NCBI GenBank assembly: GCA_051294905.1
Contig: CM119372.1
Coordinates: 20,648,001 to 20,712,000 of the forward strand
Direction of reading: 5' to 3'
Length of the DNA stretch: 64,000 bases
Source of the DNA: Botryllus schlosseri
Lineage: Eukaryota
Of this stretch, positions 34,260 through 47,855 are shown in pieces; positions within the stretch are counted from its first letter, which is position 1, and each line of letters begins with the position of its first letter. A program made the translations under genes and the position numbers. The notes below the pieces were generated by a model. That model was given only the letters and a program-made list of their open reading frames with translations, was not told the DNA's origin and did not search any database.

Positions 34260-36200
34260 CAGGGGTCGGCAACCTTTTGCTAGTCGCGGGCCAAATTTCA
34301 GGTGCACAACATTTTGGCGGGCCGGACCGGAATTTTTCTTAATACTATAGTTAACAGTCACGTCGGTATATTACCCTACAATGCTGCAATCTCAATCATA
34401 CAAATCACAAAAACAGCAAAACACATGTATTTACACTTCAACAACGCAGGATAAATGTGACACTTGGCGCAGCTTGCTTTGTGATAGGTTTTCAACTTCT
34501 GGCAACAAGTCAGATGAAGCTAGAATCAGGCCATATTCAGAATGTGCGTTGGGATACGTGATCTTAGCTTGCTCTTCGTGAATTTCATTGTTGAAAACTA
34601 TTGTTCACATGCGCACGTGCTACCCCAAAAGTCGATGCTACTTCTTTTGCATTGTTGGTCAAGCTGGGATGAAGACCCATTTCAAGAACGTACTCTTTGT
34701 CAAAGTCAATCAGCGATATGCTCTTTGTATGAAATTTGTCATTCAATTCAACTGAATGGCATTTCAAATGGGCCCATTTGAAATTTTCTGGCAATGGTAT
34801 TGGCGCCCACATTAACCGGAGTACTGGGTAGTCAGAATTTATTTTGTACAGAACGAATGTCGGAAAAGCGGATGGAAATTCATTAATTAAATTTGGTATT
34901 TCACAGTTACAAATGTATGGTGCTGGTACTAGGTTTATACTCTCTTCCAGTATAGGAAAGTGAGCTTAGTTAGTTGTTTCCCCCTGAAGTTGCAAATTCA
35001 ATTTGTTTAGATGTGACGTTAAATGTTCTACGAAAGCAAGATTAGACACCAATTTTCGATGACAAGATTATGAGTCGGCGATGTTTGTATTTTCAAGGAA
35101 CGTTGCTATTTCATTTCTTAGTTCATAGACTCGTGCAAGCATCTCGACGTAACAAAGCATGTACCCGTTTTGCCAGTGACACTTGCAACCGACGGGTTTG
35201 CCCAAGACACAGAAAACTTCAGAAGAATGCATATTGCTTGGAATGCCGAACGGCTTCTTGTAGTTGAAGTGCTATATGTTTCGTTGTTCTTGTGTTTGAA
35301 ATATACGTGACAAAGCAAAGCTTATTGGGGTAGGCCTATCTTTACTATTGCTTTTGGTCTGCATTCATTACAGTGGAACATATTGATTCAAAGGCTTTTT
35401 CGCGTGCGCCTTGTCAGGAGTTAGCGACAAAAGAAGAACTTACTGAAATATAGACATACGAAAACCAAATTGGCAAAATATGACGTAACAATGTAATATT
35501 AAAAAGGATCGCTAACAGCTGTACCGGTACTCCGGTAGTCATAACAAAGTGACAAGAGAAAATCAAATCATACAAAACACAGACAATTAGCGGTATTTTA
35601 TTTAATATTTTAGGATTGCATAGATAGGCCTACTCTTTGTGCTTGTTATTGTGCCGTTAACTTTTTGATGGGGGCACACGGGGGATCTTTGAGGTGATGG
35701 ATTCTGCTGTGGTGAATGTGGTTCTGAGAGCAATATTCAAGTTCAGTACCGCCAGTAACATTTGAGGTATCTCTGCGTTTCTCTGAGAGCTATTATGGTG
35801 ATTAACATTTAAAAAGTGGTATTCTGCGACTCACGCAGCAGCCTGATTCTAAAATCGGAATATAACGAACCCGGGCCAGTACGGGGCTCGTTCACTTTCG
35901 GACCAAAAACCATTTTTCTCCGTAACGCTGTACTGAGTTTGGTCCGAAAGTGAACTAGCCCCGCAGGTGCGTGAATTACATGTTCCGGAATCATAATCCG
36001 TAAGTGGAAGAAAACATTATAAATTTTGACATTTTTCGAAGCAGTGCTGCACTGCAGATTGGAACTCATTACGAAACGGCGGGCCGTATTCTTGTGGTAA
36101 CTAATCATATTCTTGTGGTAACTAATCATTTCGTCGCGGGCCGGACGATTTCGCTTGGCGGGCCGGATCCGGCCCGCGGGCCGTAGGTTGCCGACCCTTG
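34260..36200 (-). mobile_element. Decayed hAT (Buster/SPIN-Charlie-like) element with transposase remnants
   Basis: TIR CAGGGGTCGGCAACC / GGTTGCCGACCCTTG; TSD atctatag / atctaaaa. Minus-strand fragments MKFTKSKLRSRI..SDLLPEVENL...RQVSH (~34460-34600) and LARVYELRNEI (~35105-35140). Confidence 0.8.
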
Positions 36201-37639
36201 ATCTAAAACATGGGTACAGATATTCTATTTTCCTTATATTAACACACGGTAAGAAGCAGTCAGATTCGGCTATCAATTACGGCCCCGTCCGTTCAAGCCA
36301 AGGCAACAATACATATATTGACATTGACAGTCTGATGTTTAAGTGATCAGAGCGTCACGTCATCATCGTTGATCATTATGGCAGACTAGGGAGACCGCAG
36401 GCACTTTGATCAGAATTGCTTGACGGCAAATTCATTAAAGTGTCTTCCCAGCTATCTTGACGTCTCGATTGTTTGCAGTGGCTGAAAAACAAGGCAGCGA
36501 TCTAATGCCAAATTGTTAGCTCCATGCACAGTACATACGTTTGAAGATTATACACAACTCCAGTAAATTTCAAAACAAAAATGCAACATGATAGGTTGCT
36601 TCATCAAGATGGAGCTTTATCATAGGCCACACACTTGATTTTGAATCAATGAAACGAAAAGGCAGATGTTATCGTAACTATGTGCTCACTCACACAGCGT
36701 ATATATACGATTTATCAATATTTAGAAAGTATCTAGCTAGTTGAATTATTTGAAATTAATCGGGAAACAATATAAAGTTAACGTTACGCGATAAAAGTAG
36801 GCCTATTCCCAGATATATTGAGCGTGAAGTCAACATTTTACTAATTGAGTTCTGTGAACACCTTTTCAAGGACGATTCTAAATCCGTTGCTACTCACATA
36901 GACGTTTAATAATCTGTCAGAAAGCACGTTACGCAGTGAAAATCTACCACGGCACGAATTGAATTAGTGAGGGAAACATCACAGGACGCAGCCTCCGTTT
37001 GGCGACTGTTCTGTCCAGTACTTACCCTTCCGCGTGACGTAGTTAACGAAATATAATACTTACAACAGAAGGGAAATGCATTCTATACTGAATACTCACT
37101 TTTTGTCATGGAAAAGGAGTCAGCGTGGCGATCCAAATTTGTACGCTATTGTACGCAGAATTCAGCAGCTATGTAGAATACTCTTCAATACACAGAACGA
37201 ATCGTTCGATGAAAACACTGATTGGGAAGTAACTCCATCACGCATGTTTGCGTCTTTAAGTTTTCATATAAGATTCGTGTTAAGGATTCATGCTGATATA
37301 CTTGTCATGAAACTTTAGGGCCATGAGGTGCTAATACATCTTCTGCATCATTCTACATCATCTGCTAGTCCATCGTCCAAAGTAACGTCCATTTACAATA
37401 ACCTGCTAATACGCTGAAACTAATCTTTCAATCACTCGGTGACAGCGGACATGAGACCTTACCAGTTGATGGCACGCAATTGGTCGCGCGTACGTATACA
37501 ATACAAAAGTCATCGACCTAATTCAACATTGTGAATTGTGCCTATCTCTGTAAGAAAGGCGGCATGTTAAATTTTTTGTGATAAAAGTAGGCTATTCCTA
37601 AGCTACTGATCGATCTGTATATTCTGCGAATTCGGTAGC

Positions 37640-38512
37640 CTTTGGGAGACAAAAACCGACTTTTCAGACACCAATACCGGGCCATCCCCGTGCCCAAGCC
37701 GTTGAATCGGATATCATCGCGTTCAGTTCGACGAGAGGAAGACGGGGATAACTCTGTCGAACCCCTAAGACCAGCGGTTGTCGATCGGTATTTCGATCTA
37801 TGTTCTGATACCGACCGATCGAAAAACCAACTGCGTAACCCGTATTGGCGTACTATCACGGGTTTTTGGAAGAAAACTTTTTTCTACGCGTCTCAGCCCC
37901 ATTTCCCGGGTATCGTTGGAATCGTAATCGAATTACGCGTCTGCCGGTACCAAATTTATCCGGCTACGATATTCGGTTGGCGAGAAATCGGTGATTAAAA
38001 AAACTGTGAAAAAAGCGCTATACACTGTTTTTTGAAGGCCGATCCCGAGTCGGCTGAAAGTCCGATACGATCGTATCGGGTATCGGTCTACGCGGGACCC
38101 GAAGACGAACGCAGCGGTACCTCGTATGGCCCAGTGGTGTGAACGACCGAGACGGAACCTCGAAAAGCCCGCCTATGAAAAACGTGAACTTCTCGGATGA
38201 TCCACCGATCCAGGATAATCCGAGGATTATAATCGAAAAACTCCCATAACTCCGCTTCTACTGGTCGGAATTGAGTCAAATTTGGTTTGCATCGTCTTTG
38301 AAGACAGCTAAACAATTTCATGGGGTTGGCAGAAAAATTTGAATTCTTTTTCAAAATTTCATCTAATAAATTAAAATTTTTAATTTGATCTGCGGAGTCC
38401 TTTACTTGTTAGAATTGAACCAACTTTGGTGTGCAGTGTTCTTAGGGTAACCTGACAATTTAATAAGTCAATGGCTGGAATCCGAAATTTTACTTTATTT
38501 TTGAACAGCCCT
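37640..38512. repeat. Composite of MITE fragments (CGATAC/GTATCG-rich part plus right arm of the 59968-60621 family)
   Basis: 38240-38512 resembles the arms of 59968-60621 and ends TTTTTGAACAGCCCTA; left terminus not found. Confidence 0.5.
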
Positions 38513-38520
38513 AGTGTACG

Positions 38521-39094
38521 TACGTACAGTCCATTTATGATCAGTGCGGGACTTGAAGCACAGGCCTGCAGGCATAGGCGGAGCCTGGAGCCTATTCAAT
38601 CATATTACGTCGCATGCCATGCAATACCTCGTTTACAATGATGATGACCCCATTAAACGCCAATGTAATCAAGGAGGTTCGTAATTCGAAATGAAGATAG
38701 GTTGGGATTAGTTTATACAGGGTTTGGCGCTTTGGCCATGTTGATAATTGTAATTATAATTGATCGGGCAGGGTTATTACCAAAGGAAGTCATATGGGCG
38801 AATCGAAACCGTTAGTTAATTTGGCGGAGACAAATCCTTTGTAAGTGGCCGGGATGGTAATATCTAGAGATATCATAATGAAATGCTATTGTCTCACGTA
38901 CATTTCTACTTGTAAATGTACAGTACGAGTGCACAAGCACATACGTACATTTATGATTAGTGCGGGATTTGAAGCACAGGCCTGCGGACATAGGTGGAGC
39001 CTGGAGCCTAATAAATCACATAATGTCGCATGCAATACCTCGTTTACAATGATGATTATCTCATCCTGCGCCAAGGTAATTAAGGAGGTTCGAA
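38521..39094. repeat. Diverged ~155-bp direct repeat (38521-38684 and 38942-39094)
   Basis: Shared CATTTATGAT.AGTGCGGGA.TTGAAGCACAGGCCTGC...GGAGCCTGGAGCCTA...ATGCAATACCTCGTTTACAATGATGAT...AAGGAGGTTCG. Confidence 0.85.
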
Positions 39095-39315
39095 ACCGCA
39101 ACTGGCTGGTATCGCAACTGTGGATCATATCACTACGTTTTCTCGCGACGCTCTCACTAATTGAGTGGCCTTGAATTCGAGATCTAGACGTGTCTCCGAG
39201 TACAGGCGAATGTTGGGTTAGCTTTGCTGGATTTCAGGCGGTGCGTTCTCTTCGGTATCAAGCAGAATATTCATACACGTATCTGTTTAGAATTAGGTTT
39301 GACTAGTCTGACTAT

Positions 39316-39406
39316 ATGATGGATATACTAACCGACTCTGACTGCGACAACGAAGCATTTGATCCTAAGCCAATAAAGCTCGGAAGATATGTCTCTTCTG
39401 ACAAAG
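39316..39406 (+). CDS. Candidate first coding exon A of the C2H2 zinc-finger gene (MMDILTDSDCDNEAFDPKPIKLGRYVSSDK)
   Basis: ATG ATG, 91 nt, donor AAAG|gtacgt; phase 1 is compatible with exon 52998. Confidence 0.5.
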
Positions 39407-42400
39407 GTACGTACCATGTAATTCCGTATGATTGCATGTATTTCAATATATCAGTGGTTCCTAATTATCTATTAAACAAGTGGAAATAGTCTAGAGGGTA
39501 TTAAAGGACAACAGAAAGGTGGTATAACAATCTTTCGATTAAATTATAATCGCAAATTTACATTTGACAAATACATCAAGGTACGGCTCGTTCGTTGGGC
39601 TTTCTGAGACATAGGGACTATACGCCATGTGTTTCGGTCATCGTAATTTATGTAAAATGTGTGTCATGTGCGTATACAATTATGCATAGTGTTGGTATGT
39701 TTCTTCCCTGTACCATCATGAATGATTCAGTTTACTGATATGATCATACAGCTTCTTATACGAGTAGCATAATATTAGTTGTTTCGCTTGAAGCAGGCCT
39801 ACAGTAGGCCTATATCTATGTTGAAGTCGAAACTGGAAGTATTATCTCTACTCTTTACTCAACTATCAAATGTCTATACCACATTTCAGTTAATTTACTA
39901 TTCGAACAGAGCAATGATACAAAGTTTTAAATTATTGATTCGAGCCCGAAATAATTCCAATGCTGACGCCAAGTTTTGAAAACGAACCATTCATCATTAT
40001 GTCTATTATCAATTGAGTCAATTTGATGAGGAGTAATGTTTCGCAATGTTTCGATGATCGATGATATGGTATATTTCATCAAATAGCGTTGTTATCCACG
40101 TACAATGTACATTGTGCAATATGTTTACGGTTTGTTGACAAGGATATTACGTGATGTGTTCGCTCCCTTATTACTACCGTGTACCATGAGCCAGGGGTGT
40201 CAAACTCGAATTGCTTCGCCGGCCGGATTCAGACCTTCAAATCGCTCGCGGGGCGGACCAGTCACATCAATCAAAAATGTTACCTCAAAATCAACGCCTC
40301 AGTTGAGCACTTGAATACTCAATTATACAGCCCATGTATGATGCGGTTATACTCTATCAAACCCGTTATTCGCAAACAATAGAATTTTTTCAAGTCCGTA
40401 ATAGAACCTAGTCCAACCTTTGACGACTTTGTTATTGTCGATCCGTCTGCAACAGTAATTAAAGGCAAAGTCGCTATTGCTCTTCGTTGATTTTAACTAT
40501 GTTTCATATCGATTTGGGGAACATCATTTCGTATGGTATATTTTGATGCTGTCATCTTACCAAGTTTCAAGACTATGACTTTATGACTAGCGCAGTAATT
40601 TCGCTGTCAAAGTCGAGCATCTAGTAAATCAGCCCGCGCCAATATATGGTCGACTTTGATAACGTACTTACTACTTTAATTATTGGGTCACAGCCTTTAA
40701 ATCTTCATACAATGTTAGATGCCATCATGAAGATATACAATCCGAAATTTTGCCATATAGGAAACAATCAAAATGTACACATACCAATACTGTTTTTCGT
40801 GAAAAATCAGTTATGCGGTAGGCTGAAGGTCAGGTGATTGCATCTTACACTGAACCAATTTTTGAGGGTGTGACTCGGTGATCAGGATAGTAATTTCGTT
40901 ATGATAGTCGAGTATATCAAGTACATCGCTGACCTGCCATCTAGGCTACCGCATGATAGATTTTTCACAAAAGCCGAAATTGCTATAATGCTATATGTAG
41001 GTTTTGAATGTGTTTTATCCCGCGGGGGATAAAAAATATCGTATTGTATTGTATTGCCAGGTAGAGTGGAATGGGTTTGTTCGTTTGTGGTATTCATGGT
41101 GTTTGTCGACTACTATGGTCATTCCCCCCATAATTGCCGACTTTTAGCAGGGCCCACTTCTGGGCTTTTATAAGACGCCGCTTACAGGGATGAGATGGCG
41201 AGGGGGAATGTAAATTGATGCTGTGTGTTCGCGTAATATACATTTATTAGTTATTGATCATGGCAGTGAAGATATCGATTTCTTTGGATCCTACTTCCGA
41301 GCTAGGCCAACCTTCGATGTTATATGATTTCTTCTGACCGTCGTCGTTGAAATACCATTGAACCTTACAATAGTTATATGCAGCTAGTAGCCCAAATTAT
41401 AGATTTAATGAAATATGCTCGTGTCTTTTTAGGGTACAAAGAAATTGGAGAATTTGTGGAAAGCAGTGACATCCTGAAAGGTTTACCGGACATGCAAGAG
41501 GATAAAAATGGTTAAAACCAAAATCTTCAATGAGAGAAAAAGATGCCGCTCTGCACTGCATAAGGGGATGTCACAAATGCACGAATAGTCATGGACTATG
41601 ACATCAGACTTTCAGCACGTAGCGTCAGTGATCTCTAGCACTGACGACTGTAGATTACGATTGAGCAATTTCGTTTAGTACCTGGTGGCAATTTTAAATG
41701 TACAATTCGTTTCATGATTTTCGTTGCATTCTCTTCACAACATTTTGTAGCGAATGTGTTTTGATAAATTGGTTTCGATCGCATGCTTCGAACTATTTCA
41801 TTTCTTGGTGTGATTTAGCAGGTTGACATTGGTAGAATCGAACGATTTTTTGGCCGCTTTCAGCATTGGCTGGAGGATGCACCCATGGCTCACCATGGGG
41901 CGTAGCCGTATTGCTCGAGGTCCGAATTACTGAACAGTGAACAAGTTGGCGTATGGCTTAAAACAAATGGAAGTTAGCAATTATCAAGTGCCCAAGATTA
42001 TCACGAATCAAGATTCAATGTGATCTGCTGTAGGGTTTTTAAGAGAAACATGAATTTGGAGCGAAGTTTATACGGTAACTCCTTACAATTTGACGCGGCT
42101 ATAACATGGCGAGAGTCTGAGATCGGTTTAGAGACATGTTAAAGTGGTCTTTATTCGGTAATATTGGATCACAAAGTGTACAGTGCCTTAGTGGAAAAAT
42201 TGCCTCATAACTGCTAGTAGACTGTATGGTCCATGAGACGTTATACTTCCGAGGGATATTAGGGCTGCTTATATTAAACCGAATATATTTATTACCTAAT
42301 TAGAACTTGGATCTGCTATCGCGACAGAGTAGCCACGGCTGGCCAACGAATGTCATAGTGATTTGGATACTAGCCGTAAAAAACTGGTGATCTAATCTGC

Positions 42401-42474
42401 AGCATGGCCAACTGTAGCTTCTTATAAAGACACATGTTCCGTATTTTCACAGCAGTTTTCAAACGCAAATATGT

Positions 42475-42750
42475 GCGTGGTGAAATGGCATGGTCATTGG
42501 TATAATCCACAGCTGCAACACCAATGGGTTGTTGGTTCGAGTCCGGCTGAGGACGACACGAGAATTCCTACCCAAGTGTTGGAGGTTTATCTAGGCTCGT
42601 CGTCATCCTGTGATCCGCGTAAGCGGTGATTTATAAAAGCCTAGGAGTGGGCTGTGCTAAAAGTCGGTGAATACGGAATCAAAAAATGAATATAGGCATA
42701 CTCTAAAACTACGAAATTAGTCAAAACTCCATGAATAAAAAACAAACAAA
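42475..42750 (+). mobile_element. tRNA-derived SINE (family of 12168-12473)
   Basis: B box GGTTCGAGTCC, core GGAGGTTTATCT.GGCTC.TC.TC, AATAAAAAACAAACAAAC tail. Confidence 0.7.
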
Positions 42751-45700
42751 CGGCGAATTATATATCGCGATCATCGATATCGTACAAGGATGACGTCGTG
42801 GATTTCAAATAGTGACGTCAAAAGTGATTGTCATTGGTAAATGACTCTTTTGACGAAACTGGTTCCCGAACCTTGTCATATAATACGACGTCAATGTCCA
42901 CCTTAGTTCAGTAACAGCAATGGTCATGGTCTGGTAATTCAAAATGGCGAATTGTCTCCCTAAGTAACAAATGTCCACTAAAGTGGTCTATTAGATATTG
43001 AAAAAGTTGGGAAAAATTAGGGCGACCGCAGTTGGAGGACATTTCGTGTATATTCTAAACGCTGCGATATAAACCGCAAATCACCAGTGACAAAGCGCGG
43101 AATCGATATTCCAAAACCAATCGAGTTATTTTCAGACGCCTAGTTTGTCTCCTTCTGTTGGCGATAACTGTCGCCCAACTGCTTCAAAACAGGACTGTCC
43201 ACCAAAGTAGTCTAATAGGTAAATATATATATATATATATATACATATCGACTTTGTAATTAAAAAAAGGGCAAAAGAAAACAGTCAACAAAAGAACATC
43301 GAGCGATACAGTTTTGCGCTCGTGTTACCAGAAATGATTTGTGTTCCCGATCGGGTGGTCAATTTCCAGCCCCAGGTTGTATTCCGAAAAGCTTGTGTAA
43401 GATACGTTATCATCTATGTCAGCAATGGCCAATTATTTTCCCCGCGGGCCAAATGAAAGCAGAAAATACATCTTCCATCACATCCTAGAGTAGATACAGA
43501 CATAATTCGACTCGCCCCACCCGACAACGTGCAGTTCCCGTTTGGAATGCCGTCGTCACCGTCGCGCGTTGCAGGTATTTAATAATTCGTAGTAACAATC
43601 ACTTGATATTAGGACGGGTAATTATACACTCTTTGTAATTATTGTAAGAAGGCATTCCTATCGCGCCATCGTTTACCGAACTATCAGCGGCATTACAACT
43701 AGCTGAGGGATTAGCAAACGTTCTATTGAACGTAAATCGCTGGATGATAGCGAATATAACGTTCGTTTAGAAGTTGCTACCGTTCAATGAATTCCAATCG
43801 CAACAAACAACGGGTTCGTGGCGTCATTGGCCATCGGGTATTGTCCGTAACACCGTCTCGATTCCACGAAAAATAGGGTGCGACCTATATCGCAATAACT
43901 TGAATGCATGTCAACAACTATATCATCACCGATTGAAAGCATCGCGGTTTACCCACAATTCATAGGTATTGCTCTGTGTATAGTCCTAATTTCATATTTG
44001 AGAATTCTCTCATCAATAGTCATAACGTTCCATGTCATCAAACCATAGTGTCCTATATGGTGTCGACACAAGCAAATCGCACGGTTCAATGAAATTGTAC
44101 ACGTCACAGTTTTCATTTGGCTACAGGCAATTTGACGGTGATTTTTGACCGGCTTGCCGAGCATTAAATTTGATGAATCGGGTATCAATCGAAAGCTGAC
44201 TCTGCACTGATTACGAAAATATAAATTTTATTCCGCTCGCGGCCCTGGAACCCCCACAATCAGCCCCCAATTATTCATTGTAGAGTAGATTGGCAGTGTG
44301 ACGCAACAATGCTATCTGGTGAAACGAGAGACTAGCTCAAGAGCAAGGATGCGGCCGAGCGGCGAGAGTGGGATCAGCTGACGTCGCGGCAATAGCGATG
44401 TGCAAACGCGCCACAGAGAAACGCTGCGCTGTTGACACTTTTTCTATGCGTTCCGGTACAAGCGAGCACACACCAGCCTTTGACTTGTAAGGGTAGAACT
44501 TGGTCCACAGAATGTATTAGGGCCCTACCAATTTTCGCGCAATATCCTTCAGCTGATAAAGATATGTAGGCTACGTCTAAGTAGTCTACATTGGATATGT
44601 CAGACCTTTCAGAGGTTCCCACCATCCCTAGTAGATATGGTAGGCGCTGTTCGAAATAATAAAGCGCAAATATCCCGATTCTGAAGCACGAATAAAAAGT
44701 ACAGAAGCATTTACTGCCATTAGATGGGGGTCTGATTCCAAAGACTACTCCAAGTCGTTTCGACACCTTCCTATCTTTTTATTGTATCGCATTTTTGTGG
44801 TGTATTGAACTGATAAAAATTGCTAATAAACCGAACCAAGAACCAAGATTTGCTTCGTTGTGTTAATGTAATTTCGCCAAAAGAATATAAATGAATTTAA
44901 TGTATCGCATATTCGTGCTGGTTACAGTTGCAGCTGCATTCTATATCCAAGGACTCCACCACCGTACAAATATGTAATTTTGTATATTGGTGTAACAGAT
45001 AGCAAATAGCAACCACACGTATAATACTCGCGGTCAACTAGCGTAGGCAAGAAACTTGAGAACTATTAATGTTGCTACTTCGCTGCGATTATGCGACGCC
45101 ACTTTGGTAACACAATGTAATCGTATTGCTGAATGCACCTTTTGTCTCTCATTCATCATCGCCCACGGGTCGGAAAGTAGATAATAAAGGCAAAGGGTAA
45201 CGTTCAAGTCTGATATCCGATTCACGTTATCGCGTCGCTGCCCGATATCTGTTTCGGAACAGCGCCCACTAGCGACAGGACAACGGTATTTCATGCGCTG
45301 ACTGAGTTACGAACGGATGGTTGTCTAATGCGCAATCTAGTGTCAGTTTGATGGCGATTGTCTCACGGCAGGAACGCTATCAAAGTTCAACTGTACCAGG
45401 AAAATTGAAGGCTGTGATATTCTCACTATAACGCCACCGCTCATGATTAATGGTGCAGTTGTGATGACATTATATCCGATGGCCGCTGCCCAATTTGTCA
45501 ATTATCTGCGAAAACGTCTCGGATTGCCCTGTCATGAATGTAGTTACCCAGCGTTAAATCATTGTCATTCTGAGATACAAATTTCATGCCTGCAATCGTC
45601 GCTGTCAAATCGCCTGTCACAGCAACGCGACACGTAAATCCCGGTAACTTCTTTCCATGACAGCCAGCGATGACCACAGCCTTTCGAAGAGAGAGAAGCG

Positions 45701-47779
45701 CGTACGCGTTGCTGCGCAAGGCACGTTTTGTTTAGAAGAGAGGAAAGCGCAACGGGTGTTTTAGCCGTAGGTTCAAACGCGGCCGTTCGGACAACGCACC
45801 CGCTTGAACTTTTTCGAGGACTCGGAAACTGCAGCACGAGCCGAGCTCTTGCGAATGACCTCAGGATTGGGTTGGTCAGATTTTTTGACGGCTACTTTAA
45901 TCAAGTGACCAATGGCGGATAGCTCTGCAAAATTCATGGATGGGATATCGCTTTTATGACAGTTGTTGATCTTGGCTAGTCGTCGATCGGATTGTCGCCA
46001 CATTGATTTTTGGCAGTACAGAATATGCGTGCGCCGTTTATTTATGCATATGTTATCATCTGCAGGGGAGGCGTGTCTTCATTTTGAATTAATTGGAGGG
46101 TTGGGGAGCGCGCGCATACTTTAATAATTAAGAAGAAGTGTAGATCTTGAAAAAAAGTGAGGTAATGTAAGGCGTGATTGTGAGGTACTAAAAGTTGTGG
46201 GGCCACCGCAACTCGCAAGTTACAGATTCGACGCGTTCGCCATTACTGAAAGTTTAGCAAGTACTCTGCAGTCGGCAGCACCATTTGTTTACGAACACGA
46301 ACGAAGAAGCGCCCTTGTAGAGCTAATCTTTTGAATACTGCCTTGCAGCATTGCTTTTCAACTGCTACCGCAAGACGGTTTCCGTGACAAAATTTCAGGG
46401 CCAAACGCTCTGTAATTACTGAATGTTTCATGTCGCAATATATGATTTATTTATACCTCAGTGGTTCATAATCCTTCATGTTACAATGCCAACGCTGTGA
46501 CTTTGTGATAATTAAAACTAGGTTCCTTTACACGGGCGGGGTCGGGACTGATAGATATCGAAAAACAAGATCAATCAATTTTTTGTAGAGATTCATCCTT
46601 CCAAACCAACACGCAACAATATGTCGGGAACTTTGAGTAAAACCCAAGTGACAAATGTTAACTCAATGTTTCGAATGCTCGTTGCAAACGAAATCTTCTA
46701 TCTCGTACGCAACGCCCAATATTCTTTGAATGTGCGGCCTACGTTGTGCGCTTTACTGACCGCTGCGTTGTAATTGCGAAGGGTCATTAGGGAGGTTCAA
46801 TCAAGTGCGCGCGCTCTCTCCTTTAGCTAATTTATAAGGCGAGATTTGGATTTTTCAAGATCAGTGCAGCGACGGATTAAAGGAGACATTACATATTGCA
46901 ATGCGGAGCATCGTAAATATCTTCAGCTGAACGCAGATAAATTTTGTGTGATAAGGCTTGCCTCATTATGATATTGTGCCTTGTAACTCGCCCAATTCAA
47001 CGTTTCAAAACTGTGCAATGTGCCAACGCGGAAGCATGAGGGCAGTTTTCCAGGTTTTCATGGTGTTCAAAATCCCTGTAGTGATATACGGAACAAACGT
47101 GGTTATGGCAAAGGCAACGTATCTTGTCAGCTTGATAATCGTCAAGTGCAGATTGTGCACTGTGCAGGCTTTACTCCTGTACAACCTTCATGATAACCAC
47201 ATTGAGACTAAGTCCTATGCAATCGCTAGGATCCGAACGAAATTGAAAGAATACGTTACCGTTAAGCCCATCATCAACGCACAACTCGCGCATGCCGTGA
47301 AACATTACCGCTTCCTGTGTATCTGGGTCAGTGTGCGTGCTTTGCGAACTCCTGGCGGTAACTCACGGAACTGTGTCACACCGCGGTTCTGTCGCTGTTT
47401 TGCACAAATAACTTGGGAGTGAGGCTACTGATGATAGAGACTCCCTGCTATTCGATTACGGGTCAAGTGTGTACTTGTTCGTGTTTACGTCTTGTGAAAT
47501 AAATGGATTAAAATGCGAAGCCGACACCGTGGATCATGTCGCATTGGCCCGTGTTCATTAGCTGGAGCAATTCGTTGTGTTTTATGCGATTACCAGAATG
47601 TGACTTCGCAATCGGTTGCTATCTATCAAGAAAAAGCTTAAGAAAGCCTCACATACTGCAGCGTACGCACCGCGTTCATGATTCTAACCTTGTGCTGTTG
47701 TTTTCATTTTGATGACACCCTTAGCTAGATCGGATTATCTGCTTAATTCTGAGGCTTCCATCAACTTACGAATCCGCGG

Positions 47780-47855
47780 ATGATGGAGAGAAGTGACACT
47801 TACGACCCACAAAAGATTGGATTGAGAAGAGCGAGTGACTCTGTCTTTGAGGGAG
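47780..47855 (+). CDS. Candidate first coding exon B of the C2H2 zinc-finger gene (MMERSDTYDPQKIGLRRASDSVFEG)
   Basis: ATG ATG, 76 nt, consensus donor GAG|gtgagt; phase 1 is compatible with exon 52998. Confidence 0.6.

Noticed and set aside
41433..41512. Possible extra phase-1 exon (GYKEIGEFVESSDILKGLPDMQEDKN) of the zinc-finger gene
   Set aside because: Good acceptor but only weak donors (gtttac, gttaaa) and no recognisable homology; needs RNA evidence.
46958..47422. 154-aa ORF
   Set aside because: TTG start, no recognisable domain or splice signals; probably UTR or regulatory DNA.
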